Assembly (NCBI GenBank): GCA_040954595.2
Contig: CM082577.2
Span: 8,209,846-8,273,845, forward strand
Direction of reading: 5' to 3'
DNA length: 64,000 bases
From: Balanoglossus misakiensis
Taxonomy: Eukaryota; Animalia; Hemichordata
Shown: positions 26,770 to 50,303 of the stretch, in pieces
How the letters are laid out: every line of letters starts with the position of its first letter
How positions within the stretch are numbered: the first letter of the stretch is position 1
The notes under the pieces: generated by a model
Seen by the model: the letters and a program-made list of their open reading frames with translations, nothing else
What the model was told of the DNA's origin: nothing
Databases searched by the model: none
Program-made: the position numbers and the translations under genes

Positions 26770-29700
26770 TCATCTGTCTTCTGCCTGGTGTTTTTCTAAC
26801 GCTGTCTTGTAGGCTCGTAAAGGCTGTTCAACACTAAGAACAAAACCTTTTGACAATGGAAGTAGAGGGAAACCTACTTCAGCTAGGTTGGACGCAGCGT
26901 CTTCCTGTGATGCAGCTAACCACATCTGAACACGCGATATCATACTGAAAAAGTAAGAAGTATTATGCGAGTCAAAGTTTACGTACTTTTGTGTAACAAA
27001 GGCACAAGCATAATGAACATCTATGTTATTATTATCAAATACCAAACTGTCAATCACTGAGGGATACCAAACTTGGTAATGAAAGCTATTCTGTGCTTAT
27101 AATACAGATTTTTTTCATAAACAAAAATGTGTTTTGGTTTGTTTGTTTGTTGGCTTGCTTGTTTGTGATGTCACTAAACACAAAACGGCTTCACTTCAAA
27201 TACATCTAAAACCTGACAATTACACCAAACCAGACATATTCAGGGTCATAGCAAAGATTTACCACCACTGAGGTTAAAAAACAAAATTAAAGTGTTATCA
27301 ACAACAGAAAAATTCAAAAATTCACACTGCTTCAAAACTCTCGTTTTGCAATTTCCTACAAAATTGAAGTGACATAACTCTACTTACCTCATACCGTGTT
27401 GGTTACAATGCTCAATAACTTCGTCGGCATACACTTCTGGTGGGTTGGTAAACATACGCCCCATGCACTGCAACAAATTGATCAGACACTGAAGTCACCA
27501 GGCACTGAAATGTTTTTCAGAGAGGAGCATGGATCCAAACATGAAAAAGTCCAAGAAAAATGGATGCCTGCATGGCAGCCATATTGGATCATGTCATGAA
27601 AAAGTACATGCATATGTACCTTATACAAGTTATAGTATATTACCCTTGTACAAATGTACAACATTTGAATGAAATCAGTTCAGGCCTGTCTAAGAAAGTA
27701 ATAGCTGGGGATGGATGGATGGAAGGATAAATGGATGCACAGAGCCTAATCTCACAGTCCCCCCAGACTCTGTCTAAAAACTAACCTGTAGGAGCTTCAA
27801 CACAGCAGTTTCATTGTATATTCTGCTATTTTCAAGTCCTTGCTGAGATCCCCGGTGCTTTTCATAACCAGCTTCATTGTAGTACGGTTCGTTGTTTAGT
27901 ATCAATCCCTGTATTGAAACCAGCACCTGCAGGAGGTTGGATTTACTGGTCCAGAGTTGACTACCCTGCGTGTAAAAAAAAACATACAAGCCCCTCATTT
28001 TACCATAACATCATATAAATTTTGAGGGATGTAGAGTTAAACGTTTGATAGCCAGACCAGTTCCATAAAACCAAATCAGACGGTGGCATTCCCTGGGTGA
28101 GATTGGGTGGATGCTTTTTTGAACAGCAGATGATGCATAATAGTCGACCTACCCTCCCTGTCCATGTTCCAAGCAAGCTGACACACACTTTGCCATCGTA
28201 ATACAGATTTGGATTCAATCTGCCAGGGCTGTACGCTATGTAATGGAAGAGTGGGGGCGTAGTTGGGTAGTTCGATGGCAGCTGGACATCAAAGATAAAT
28301 AAACCATCCTCATAGGGGGTCTTGGCTGGACCCTTTATCATGGCAGAAAATAAGTCCTGCAAAACAATCACAGAAGATAACACTTACAGAACTATGGAAA
28401 AGCAAAATCGGTAACAGGATGGCTTTTGTTATGATTTGTTAGAAGACGTAGAAGTGTAGTCTTGCAGAATACAGAAAGATTTCACGAATGCCATTGGAAC
28501 ATGCTGACCCAGACAACAGTTACATGGTATCACATCCGTTGTATATTATTTGACAATGCCAGAATAAGACTCACCATTCTGTCTTCAAAGCCTTTGACGA
28601 ATATCCCGGCAGGAAGTGACGAATGCAGCAATTTCAACTGTGGTCAATCAAACAGAAAATTCAACAAAATTTTAATTGACTTGCACAAGGAAATAATCTG
28701 TCAAAGCTCTTCCGAGACCAAGTACACTGAATGTATGGATGTCAGGTTTATTGTACCAGTATATAAAATAATCACAGTTTGTATTAAATATTGCAATTCT
28801 GTCTACAAAGTAACCATACCTCTTTTCTGATTGCACTGGCAAATTTCTTAGGATCATCTGGTGTACATGGATGTATTCTGAACTTATGACTTTCTGCTAC
28901 CGCCTCCAACATAGTGAAACCTGTCGGATACAACGTCAAGTTATGTTCCTTTGCTATGAGTTCCTTTGAGTTCGATTTTCCAATACAACACTGGATAAGC
29001 AGAAGCATTTGAATGAAACAAGACATTCACTCAACCAGACAAGTGTGTCAATGTAGCCAAAGTGACAAGGTATTCCATAATTTTATAATTACACGAAACA
29101 CTTCGCACAGAGCTCCACCACAAAATGCAGACATTGCTCCCAATAAACCTTAGGAAAATTCTTGTGAAAATCTTTTTTAAGAAATACCACCTCCTGTGAC
29201 ATACTCTGACATACAGAATTTACACACACACCTCAGCAACGTAACTTTCAAATTCTCACAGTACATGCACTATCCTGCACACAGAACTTACCAGACGAAT
29301 GGCTGGTAATGGCATCAATTCTGGCACTGCAAGCATCAAAATCCACATCAGGAGTTGTTGGCGTTGCAGTGTTTTCTTCAACACAACTGACGTTCTGACT
29401 TTCATCATTTTGTCCCGTTTCCTGAGATTGTCCGTCGGATGCCGTCTGAGGTTGGCTCGCCTCTGCACTGTGATCTGCATTCTGATTTTGATTCTTGTCC
29501 AGATCTGATGGTTCCGTATCATTCGCCGTGCTCTCGCCAGCATTTTCTGGAGACTGTTCCTTTTCCTCTAATTTTGCGCACGTTTGTGTCTCTGCAGAGC
29601 CTTGGTGTGTTTGTTTGGGTTTTGATGTCTGCACAATAACTGTAATCTCTCTCGAGTGTTCGCTCGTTGTGATGATCTTATCAACAGCAACCACCTCACC

Positions 29701-32700
29701 ATCACTGCAAAAAAAAATGAAAACCAATCTATCAATAAAGCAGACGCTTAAACATTAATGTGACAAAACTTTGATCACGTTAGCTCTCGATACTCATACA
29801 CTGACTGAACTCCATTATTCGTAAAGGAATTACCGGGTATCCTTGAAGAGGGTTCTAATTAGTTCCAGTGTAAAAAGAAATCAAATCAAAAATCAGATCA
29901 AATTTTGCCTGATGAAGAAAAAACCCAGGACCTGATGTATGGGAGAGGATTGAGAGATTGCCATCTCTAGTAACAGCATGGCTCACGTCTCCCGTTGGTC
30001 ATGTGAGTTCCCTGGGGCCAAAACATACCATTTTCAGGTGACTGACATTCTCTTAGGTACACAGCTACATGTATGGTGTTACCGTCATGATCAATCAATA
30101 CGTCATGTTATATATGACTGTACAACTAAATCTCCTCCCTGAATTTACCTTGCAGAAGAGGCATTGGAAGACTCAGTTTCCCAGTCACTGTCAGACACCT
30201 CAGAGCCATCAAAGTCTGTATCACCATCACTCCATTCAGTGTCACTGTCTTCATCCTGGTAGTAACAAAAAAAGCAAATCAGAAATGTGAGATGACTATC
30301 ATTCTCAGTACTGTTGGTAATAATTGAGGATACAGCCGTCTAGTTCGATACATCCTCTATCCCTGTCACTTCCTCGACAGATTTTTGCGTGTTGATGCGT
30401 CAAAGTTTAGGATCAATTCAATACAGGATTCATACACTCAAGGTAATGTGAACCATGAAGGATTACACTATAAACCAGGCAAGTTTTCAGAAAACTTACA
30501 TCGTCCATTTTGAATAAATTCTGAGGGGGTACATCGGACTGCGTACCGTCATGCCACGATACACAGATTGTGCCATCGGCGTTCACCCATCTCACCTGTA
30601 ACAACAATGGTACAATCCTACGTCAGTACAATACAATACGCATGTGGGCAGAACCCACAATCAAACAGGGTAGTCCACATGTAAGAGGCCGTCAGATCCA
30701 GTGGCACACTAAGTATCAAAACCCCAATTACCGGTATATGTCAAATCCAACAGTCATACAAACATAAATTTCTCCTCCATAGATGATTAAGCATCATTGC
30801 TTTTAAAATGCTTTAAACTTGCCTCCTGTCGTTATGCATGAGAGAGAGTGTGAGAAGAGTTTGACTGAAGACAGCGTGATATATAGAGAACGGAATAGAC
30901 TGACCTGTCCAGCACAAGGTTGTTCTTGACTGCTAGGAAGCTTGTTGCCACAACTGCTGATACTGTAGAGTCTGCACACAACATCGCCGACATTGAACGT
31001 AAAGTCTGCGTGTGGCTGGATGTCATAAACACTCAATTCCTCAGTGGAAAGACAAACAGGTCTGTCGAGTGGCAAAATGGAATACACGTGAGAGAAAAAT
31101 CAGCTAGTGGTGAACAGGGATTATTTCATCCTTTCATTGCTGCCATGAGGTTCAACCAGATGCATGTTGGTTGAATCCATGTACATGATGTGAGGGAGAA
31201 TGGATTAGCCCTGACTGTATATCACTACTAGATTTTGTACAATCCCATTATGCTGCGAATATGCTGCTGCATAATGGGTAATTGTATGGAAAACTCATAA
31301 TGATTGGTGGATCTGATGCAGATATAGATGTATAAATTAAAAAAAATATGGGAAGTTCTAATCTACATTTTAAGAATTCACCTTTCACTCCTTTCTTTCT
31401 TTTTCTCCCCCCCCCCCCCCAACAGCAAATAATTCCCCCTCCCCACCACCACCACCAAACCGACCATGCCAATAGATATGAAACTCACTCTGGTTCGGTC
31501 TGTGTGGGTTTACTGATCCATTTCACAGTACATGTACGATCTTGATGGCTGGTTTTGCACACTAGACCATACACATCCACATTTCCTGCATGATACAAGA
31601 GACACATGGACACAATTATTAGGAATGCACTAACAGAAAAGATGTACCCAAAACGCTGACTATCATCTAGTTGAATGACACTTCAGGCTTCAGGATACAT
31701 TACAACCACATTATTATTTTTGAATGGCATGGTCAGACCAACACACTTGCTCATTTTTCAGAGATGATGTATTTCAATTACTTACCCTGATCATTCCTTG
31801 TGACAAAGTCACCAGGAAAGAATTCCAACTCATCCAGTTGATGCGTAGGAAATAATTCAGCTGAGCAGATCCCCTTCTCTACTACTCCATCCTGAGACAA
31901 ATTTAGAGGAGCTAGATTCAGCGTCAAAAATACCATAATTATCCCATCCTGTAAATGGGATGATGCCTATTATTACATCATGATTTTTTTAAAAGCAATT
32001 ACCGGTAGGAAAGCACTTGAATACAAACCTGCCACTTGACATCCACTTTCGTCTCAGTATACGTCACTTCCACGCAGACTTTCTCGCCAACTTGACAGCA
32101 CTCGGGCGGAGATGGTACTATCTTCTTTTTCTTGTTGGCAATTACTCGTCTGTGCAGTCTGTGTTTCGGCAGGATGCTGGAAACGACTTTCCTCCGTTGG
32201 GATCCGGAATCATGAGAGGAAGCCTTAGAGTTGACAGATCCTGCCTGACTGTTATCATCATCATCGTCGTCGTCATTATCATCATCATCGTCATCATCAT
32301 CGTCATCATCAACATCAACATCATTACTGTCGTCATCACTTGACAAATTCTCGTATGAATTCTCCGCTGTGTTTCCGTGATTTACACGTCTGTGTCTATG
32401 GTGCCTGCCTTGACGAGGCGCTTTATGCAGGAAGTTTATTTCGTCGTTTGCCACTTCCAGTTCCTGTTTCGCCTTGTTGCAAGTCTCGTTCAACCACTTC
32501 ATCAGTTTCCTGGTTAGAGTCACCAGATGCTTCGTGCTGTTGACTTCCCCTGAGAGTCTCTCGTTCAGGGTGATCAGCTCGTCCACTTTGTGCTCCGCGT
32601 CTCGTTTGGAGATGCACAGGCCGTCCAGCTGGTTGGCCAACAGGTTGGCTTTGTCCAAAATGCCGTCGGCCTCCGAGGACATTTCGTCCACGAGCCGTTC

Positions 32701-35700
32701 GTGCAACTCCTCCAGCGATTTCAGGTCGTTTATCATTTGATGAGCCGGGTAATTGCCGATTTTTTGATCGCACAGTGTTTTGACTCTCGTGATGGTCTCT
32801 TGCATCTGTTGTGAAATGATGGCTGGCCGTGGACTCTGTGACTGTGTCGCACTGTCTTCTTCTTGGCCATTGTCCGTTTGAGATGTCGCTGTTTCTGAAC
32901 AATCTGCTGCACCTCTGTCGTGACTGTCGCTCTCTGTTGCACTCAGGTCTTTGTCTACAACGACGTGGTTTCCTGACACTGTGCAGTTCTCATGATTCTG
33001 CCCTTCCGTACATTCCCCATCACCCCTACTCTGCTGTTGTATGTTCCGTCCTTCACCCCTAACCTGCCCAGTCGCTGACAAATCTAAACTCACATGTTCA
33101 CTAGCACAAGACGATATTTTCCCGTCATCTCGGTGAGTGTGTTTGCTAATATCAGGGTCATTTTCTACTTCTCCGTTGGGAAGATGGACTCTGTTTTGTC
33201 CTTCCTCACAGACTTCCACCTCTGGATTTTCACAACCACAATCTTGGGTTGCAGCTGACTCTACGAAGGGCGGAGTGATTCCATCCACTGGTGTTGGTGG
33301 CCTCTGATAGCAGTACACAGATCCTAACGCAATGGGATTGACGTATTTCAAGTCCTCCTCTTTCACAACATATAAAGCTTTGTCGCCGATCTGAATGCTG
33401 GCCGGTATAAAATAACTCAAAGGGTGAACTCTGAGAGAAACAAAAGAGGAAGAAAACCACATTAGTCTCTCAAAAGAGAAAGAGATCCATCAGTAAAAAC
33501 GGTTTAAGTATTTACTAATGAATTCAGTCCCACTCAGCATGCTTTCGCTGCCACAAATTTCACATTCAAATCTCTCTCTCTCTGTCCCTCCCTTCCTCTC
33601 TTCATGCAACTTACTTGTGCAGTTGATCTGAAGTGACTTTTTTCTCTGGTGGTTCTAAATTAGTGGAATCATCCACTTCTCCTGAGTAACCTCTGGTTTG
33701 CCAGTGAACATCAAGACCATCCACTTTGACCTGAAACAAATGACCAACACATGCCTACAATTATTCCTGAATCAAAAAATGTCTCAAAGGGAAGACAGCT
33801 GGAATTGTTAAGTAACTGTTGGTATCACGTATTACAGTTTCTTGATCTAAGCTATAAGCATATTCAGCACGGCCTGTACATGTGCATTATCAATTCAAAT
33901 AGCAGAATGTAGAATTTTAATTTAAGACTGTAATCTGCCTACCTCTTCAACAACAATTTTGAAGTTTTTACGGTTGCTGAGCACTGGTTGTTGCCCTGAC
34001 AACCACTTGGCCGCTTTGAAAACTCTGCCGGGACCTTTCAAAATCTGACCTGGATAGAAGGAGTCGTGGTAGAAGATACAGTCCTGCAAAGAAGAACACA
34101 TCAGAAATATTAATCCAGCCCACCAGCTGTGGTTTAATAATAATATTGATATTGATTTCTTATATAGCGCATTACATAATACATCTCAATGGGCTTTACA
34201 GTTTTTTCCCTGGTCATTGGAACTAAAAATTGCATTCAACTCCCTGGGGAGCAAATAACAGCTCACATGTGCAGTCACTATATCAGCACAGCATAGCTAA
34301 ACGCACACATTGCAATCTCTGTCCTACCAGGTACCCATTACTCCTGGGTGGGGAGAAGCAATGAGAAGTAAAGTGCCTTGCCAAAGCTCACAATACCATG
34401 CCATGGCTCGAACCCAGACAACTTTGATCATGAGTCCAGTGCTCTAAGGATGCAATCACATATGTGTGTAAGATTCCAAGAGTGAAATGCACTTACAGGA
34501 TCTCGAACACCAAACACTTCAAAGAGCTTACTTGCATCTTCACCTGTTATTGCACATCTGAAATGTAAAGAAACAGATAAGGAATGAAAACTGGGGTTTT
34601 AAATTATTTCTATTATTTATGAGTGTAACTATCATTCTACCATCAAGATGCTGGTTGGGTTTACATGAGACCTCCTTCCCAAACATTCATCAAATTTGCT
34701 AAGCAATTAGGTCAAGATTTATCAAAATAGGTACCAAAATTCTCCCTCACCTGGCTCCATTTTTAAACTTGACAATGATTTTGAGGTAGGTTTCTCGAAC
34801 CACACCAAGCCATGAATTCATGGTCACATGAACCTCCGGTGCACATGCATACATCTGGGATTGTGTAACACAGGAAATATAATGCATAAATAAAACATGG
34901 ATGAATTTTAATTCATAAAACAGAACCTTGCCAAGTCAAACCTCTTGGTAAATCCATTGTTGTATGGTCCTCACTAAGTTACACGCCGATAAACTTGTGG
35001 TAGATTTGCTGATTAATTAACTTGAAAATCCGTTTTCATGAATAACAGATTCCATAATTGAAAATCTGAATGGAACGTCTTACCTGCAATGGTATCAGAT
35101 CTCGACTGTTGACGTTGTAAATCATATGTTTGGTCTTGAGAACCTGCAAATGTACATAGACTTCCACATTGTGTACAATGCCTCTCTGAGAGTCTTCCCC
35201 AGCAATGATCCTGCGCACAGCATCTCCTGGCATTAGCGATCTATCCTGTAGTTCTACCTATAGTATAGAAACCAATATTACCGGGTTAGTACAGTGGTAC
35301 ATACACAATGTGCTCAACGGCCTTATATAGTGGTACCCAGGTACTGCCAGTTTACGGACGATATTTCTGGGAACTGCGATTTGCCAGGACTCAAAGTCTC
35401 CTGTTTACAGTGATGGGCCCAAGATCTACCTCTACGCGCTAAGCTGAATGACAATTTAAACTTCAAAGACATTTCGGCTGCTTAATTATGACTGAATTAC
35501 CTTGCCTGCATTGGATTTATAATATAAATATGGGTGCTGATTTCTCTTAAAGTAAGCCAAACGTGAAGATCAACGTGCAGGTATTACTGTGTTTGACCTC
35601 AATGAAGTTCACTGGAAATACCACCTTTCTCTGGGCATCAATCTCAGACAAATGTCAGATAATTATGGAAGGCTGTGGCGAAATTAAATGCAAGATCTGA

Positions 35701-35930
35701 CGTCTCGATTCATTTGACACTAATGACAGACCTACCTTATTTTCTGAAAGCACCTCTTCTCGTCCTTTTGGATACCAGGCAACGCATACTTGACCTTTTT
35801 TGACGCGATCTATGTCTTCGTCGGAATCACTGTCGCTGCTGAATCCTTCGCTGTTTCTTAAAATCAAGCCATACTGGACGGCGCCGTGATGATTCCGACG
35901 AACTACATCTTCGTCGAACAAGGAGGCCAT
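26770..35930 (-). CDS. UBE2O: E2/E3 hybrid ubiquitin-conjugating enzyme UBE2O (spliced, ~19 exons)
   Basis: N-terminal [78 protein letters not shown]; UBC domain [49 protein letters not shown] with catalytic Cys, [23 protein letters not shown]; terminal [10 protein letters not shown]. Exons approx. 35930-35736, 35257-35084, 34854-34751, 34556-34497, 34083-33943, 33729-33615, 33430-32029, 31890-31785, 31585-31489, 31059-30906, 30594-30500, 30256-30149, 29704-29292, 28920-28820, 28637-28575, 28355-28152, 27965-27787, 27464-27388, 26944-26770. Confidence 0.96.
34137..34446 (-). mobile_element. tRNA-derived SINE (conserved central core, LINE-like tail) in a UBE2O intron
   Basis: Minus strand reads ttagagcactggactcatgatc...GGTTCGAGCC (B box), then ttggcaaggcactttac..tgcttctccccacccaggagtaatgggtacc (typical SINE core), then a ...aatgcgctatataag tail with attattatta repeats. 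Confidence 0.8.
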
Positions 35931-37356
35931 CTTGGATGAAGGATCTGCTTGTTATTTCACAGCTCCAATGCAAGCCAATTTTTTAATTTTGGATATTGGG
36001 GGCGCTCTTTATCACCATACCTCTGGAATCTGGATGCGTGCCCAATATTAATTTGCGCCCAGTGCAGTCGCTGCGAAAGGTGGGAACGTCAATTCTGTTC
36101 CAACTTTTCATGACTGGTGAATTGATCACTTTGCAGTGTTATTTTCATTAATTTCTTGTGCAGACTTAAATCGCTACACATGTACATTTATTCGTTCACT
36201 CACTTCTGTATTAAAATTATAAATGAAATAAACCATTGGTCATATTTGCTATACATGTAGCTTTGGTTTTTTATTGTTGTACTGTAGCATTTTATTTCAT
36301 ACCATAGAAAATAAGTACATGTAAATGATTTATAGTATTACATTGACCTCAACAGCGTAAAAAAATAATTTTATTTGCACAAAAAATTATTTAAACATGT
36401 ACATTTTACAGAAATAGACTGGTACTATGAAACCAAGATGCGTAGATTTTTATGATGATCGTCGCTAGTGGCACCCAGCGCTGGCCTTACACCTTGATGT
36501 ATCTCCAATGGAAAAACACTTATTACGCGAAACAGAATGCTTGTACCATCCATTTAAAATTTATCAAATACTATACAAAATCCAATATACAGATAATGTC
36601 CTATATAATGATCTTAACATTATTTTTCTCTAAAACAACTTTGATCAATTAAATACAATTTTGAGTAAGAGTTACTCTCATGGTATGTACTGTGATTTTC
36701 GTTCAAAATGTCAGTTTTACAGCATTTGGATTAAAAGCGATTGTTACCAAGACGTTTGCAGACTTTTTTTTATTCAAATTTTCAATTACATTTTGTTGCC
36801 AACTTGTCAAATGTTTGGAATTGGTATTGTTAAGGTAGTACCTTCATGCAAATATTTGTTGTAATAAAAAATAAAATTGTTCTCAATATTTCTCTGATTA
36901 TGCAATACATTTCAACTCAAGCGACGTTACAATCAAAACAGCAAAGGCACAAGAATGATCAATTACTCCAGCATTGCAGTGCGCAAATTGTGTTCTAGAA
37001 CGAGGATGTCCGAAATCAACTTTGCAGCTCCGAGTGCCATGATAAACATAAAGTATTGTAAATGCTAAAAGAGTCGATGCAGCAACAAGATTGATCCTCG
37101 ACCAAGGGCGGGATTAAACCACCATTGGTCGAGATTGGGACGAAATGAAAGAGGATAGTATATTAGTTTATGAACATTCTTGGACGAAGATGTTATAATT
37201 TCGTCGTAATTTTGACTAGAAAAAATTCTAGAGAAAAAATGAAGCAATTTTCCTTTAAACGCTGGGAACTTCTTTGAAATCAGCAACAACTATAAATTCC
37301 CACAAACAGGGAGTGTTCGAGTTGCATCATTGAATAGTTCACTCTACAAATAAAGT

Positions 37357-46586
<9,230 letters not shown>

Positions 46587-47568
46587 TTTGTAGATGAATT
46601 CTGATCAATGACGCCCGTTACCAAACAACAGTTGCGTGGAATACACAACTCGACCGCAAGAGTGGATGTCTGCACCACTATGTATAGCCGCGTCCGTTCG
46701 TCGTTACCTATCTGTAGCCCGTTGCTACAAACGAACGCCAGCTACCAAGGAACAAAGCACGTAATGTCATACAGCGATGAGCCGCGCTGATGACCCTACC
46801 CTCAAAAAAACCTATTGAAACCAAGAAGTCGCCCGCTCCTTTGTCCAATCTCATTGATGTCCCATCGCTATTTGCATATTAATATAAGGCAACTGCGCGG
46901 ATCTGCCAATTACAGCTTGCGAATCTACCCAGCTCCGTTGGAGACAACCTCTCAACTTGAGAAAGTTGAGGGGTCATCCTTGATAGAATCTGTCACCCAC
47001 GGACTTTCAATCTCTGAGTTATTTGGTATTTATTTTCTACAAGGCGCAGGGGCTCTTTAAATGTTTTATGGCTAATTAAAGCGCCCAAAACCAGAAAAAA
47101 ATGATTGTTAATTGCATGGTTTGGTTTGGTTGTCTCGTGGTTGTTTTTCACCTAGTCACATCGCTGGGCCAAGGCTCGAGCCTAGCCTATGATTAAATGA
47201 CAGGCTTCAACCACTGGTCGCTTAGCAACGGAGAAGCCCTATACGGCGCGCAGACCATTGCAAGAAAACGTGGCCTCCTTTTCAGCGATTTTATAATGGC
47301 GGGCTTTTGTGGGCGGTCATTGTGAATTTGATTGTCGGCTCTTCGCACTTTTTGAACGAGACAACCATTTTCACAACCTTGATCGGTCAATCCTGTTTAT
47401 GACTTATTCGTTTAGACCTATTTTGAAAGCATTCCGTTCAGGTCTTGTTGCTCAATTCCTAATTGCTAGACAAGACAACCATAGATGTCGCCAAGAATGG
47501 ACAGAAACAATTTCGATCGCAAACAGTTTTGCCAAGGTTTATATGAAACAATTCCAGTGTGCGCGGGT

Positions 47569-50067
47569 ACAATGCGTCAAAATTGAATGCTGGCAGCATC
47601 ATGTTGATATTAACAGCCCAACCTCTTGTGTGCACAGCAATTGTATGCTATGTTTGTCTTGGGTCTGTATAGTGAATATGTGGTCCGGAACGACCGGCCA
47701 GCCCTGCCTATAAATCGGTTCTACGCAGACATTAGGCAATATTAAACGCGGATTTGCTTGCTACGTGAATTATTGGGTCCGAGTTCGAACCCCGTTTAAT
47801 AAAAATACAAGTTGGTTATCGATACAGGCAATGTTTCAAGCACTATGGTTGTTTATATATCAGTCACTGACTGTACCGAGTTTGAAATGTCTTTGAAAAT
47901 CGAAAAGCTCCGATGGATCCTCCGTGTATGACTTTGCTGTCAAATAAATGATCAGGTAAACACTGCTTGTGGCACAAATTCACAGATAGAAACGCCAGGC
48001 CAGGGTGCCAAAGAAAGGAGTTCGGCCCCACCATAATATTTTAGCCTGAGAGAGGAATTTAAACGTCTTTTTAAAACACGAACAGATGTCAGTCCACTGC
48101 GTCGTGAATACTGACAAATCCGAAATTCCACAGTCAAGCTAAACAAATGAATTCTGTGAGCAAAATTTAATTGGAATTTCTCTTTCCATTGTACTTCCTT
48201 GTTTCTATGCTCAAATTATCATTGTTCATAAAAGTTTTCGTTGTACTTAGGCTGCATTCACAAACACCTCTGGAGGGGGGGGCAGGAGAATTGAGGGGGG
48301 GGATTTGAAAAAATTGAGGGTATGTAAGGGGGGGGATTTGAAATAATTTAGGGACTGAAAGGGGGGGACTTGAAAACTTTAATGACTAAATATTTATTTT
48401 GAGTCCACAAAAATGCAGTTTCGCGCCCTTTATTTTACAAAATTTTCTAATGTGGGAGGGGGACACCCCCTCCCACACCCGCCCCCGTCATTCATCAACA
48501 CCTTTAAATCATTGACTGGTTTATCTAGTGTCCTAGGTCAGGGGACTTGCCCCACCCCATGATAACTTTGAGCGGCAACGGTTAAATTTGTCCTCCCCAA
48601 CATACCGGTAGTTGAGTTAATTTGCTTTTGCCGGGTTCATTAAAATGCAGCTTTGAGCACTGTATTTTAGAAAATTTTCTTACATGGGAGGGGGACACCC
48701 TCCCAAACCCACCCCCTTCAATTCTCGGTTTACAATGTCTCCCAACACAGAATACAAATATATGTACTTAAAAAATAAAAACAATGTTCAGTTTTAATAC
48801 CCACTGATGAGGGGAAACAATGCGTCAAAATTGAATGCTGGCAGCATCATGTTGATATTAACAGCCCAACCTCTTGTGTGCACAGCAATTGTATGCTATG
48901 TTTGTCTTGGGTCTGTATAGTGAATATGTGGTCCGGAACGACCGGCCAGCCCTGCCTATAAATCGGTTCTACGCAGACATTAGGCAATATTAAACGCGGA
49001 TTTGCTTGCTACGTGAATTATTGGGTCCGAGTTCGAACCCCGTTTAATAAAAATACAAGTTGGTTATCGATACAGGCAATGTTTCAAGCACTATGGTTGT
49101 TTATATATCAGTCACTGACTGTACCGAGTTTGAAATGTCTTTGAAAATCGAAAAGCTCCGATGGATCCTCCGTGTATGACTTTGCTGTCAAATAAATGAT
49201 CAGGTAAACACTGCTTGTGGCACAAATTCACAGATAGAAACGCCAGGCCAGGGTGCCAAAGAAAGGAGTTCGGCCCCACCATAATATTTTAGCCTGAGAG
49301 AGGAATTTAAACGTCTTTTTAAAACACGAACAGATGTCAGTCCACTGCGTCGTGAATACTGACAAATCCGAAATTCCACAGTCAAGCTAAACAAATGAAT
49401 TCTGTGAGCAAAATTTAATTGGAATTTCTCTTTCCATTGTACTTCCTTGTTTCTATGCTCAAATTATCATTGTTCATAAAAGTTTTCGTTGTACTTAGGC
49501 TGCATTCACAAACACCTCTGGAGGGGGGGGCAGGAGAATTGAGGGGGGGGATTTGAAAAAATTGAGGGTATGTAAGGGGGGGGATTTGAAATAATTTAGG
49601 GACTGAAAGGGGGGGACTTGAAAACTTTAATGACTAAATATTTATTTTGAGTCCACAAAAATGCAGTTTCGCGCCCTTTATTTTACAAAATTTTCTAATG
49701 TGGGAGGGGGACACCCCCTCCCACACCCGCCCCCGTCATTCATCAACACCTTTAAATCATTGACTGGTTTATCTAGTGTCCTAGGTCAGGGGACTTGCCC
49801 CACCCCATGATAACTTTGAGCGGCAACGGTTAAATTTGTCCTCCCCAACATACCGGTAGTTGAGTTAATTTGCTTTTGCCGGGTTCATTAAAATGCAGCT
49901 TTGAGCACTGTATTTTAGAAAATTTTCTTACATGGGAGGGGGACACCCTCCCAAACCCACCCCCTTCAATTCTCGGTTTACAATGTCTCCCAACACAGAA
50001 TACAAATATATGTACTTAAAAAATAAAAACAATGTTCAGTTTTAATACCCACTGATGAGGGGAAACA
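47569..50067. repeat. Tandem direct duplication, 2 x 1248 bp
   Basis: 47569-48816 repeated at 48817-50064; identical 64-aa ORFs offset by 1248; 3-bp ACA microhomology at the junction. Confidence 0.95.
48250..48816. mobile_element. MITE B, truncated duplicate (left TIR only)
   Basis: TTA|GGCTGCATTCACAAACACCTCTGGAGGGGGGG start; cut off by the duplication junction. Confidence 0.85.
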
Positions 50068-50303
50068 TCAGTTTCAAATTCTTTTCATGGGAGCGCTGTT
50101 TTTCTTTTTACAAGATAGATCTAGGTGATGTGTTTTGCTCTGTGAAAGAAAATGGGGGGGGGGGATTTCAAAATTTTAGCAGTTCGGAAGGGGGGGATTT
50201 GAAAATTTTTTGGGTTGTTGAGGGGGGCATGTGAAAATTAGCGGTAAAAAATTTTGAATTCTCCCGCCCCCCCCCCCCTCCAGAGGTGTTTGTGAATGCA
50301 GCC
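49498..50303. mobile_element. MITE B (PIF/Harbinger-like, TTA TSD), 806 bp, complete
   Basis: TTA|GGCTGCATTCACAAACACCTCTGGAGGGG ... CCCCTCCAGAGGTGTTTGTGAATGCAGCC|TTA. Confidence 0.9.

Noticed and set aside
47775-47794. gggtccgagttcgaacccc, resembling a tRNA T-arm/B box
   Set aside because: No cloverleaf or A box can be built around it.
47952-49394. Two identical 64-aa ORFs that could suggest a duplicated gene
   Set aside because: Non-ATG start and no domain; by-product of the 1248-bp duplication.
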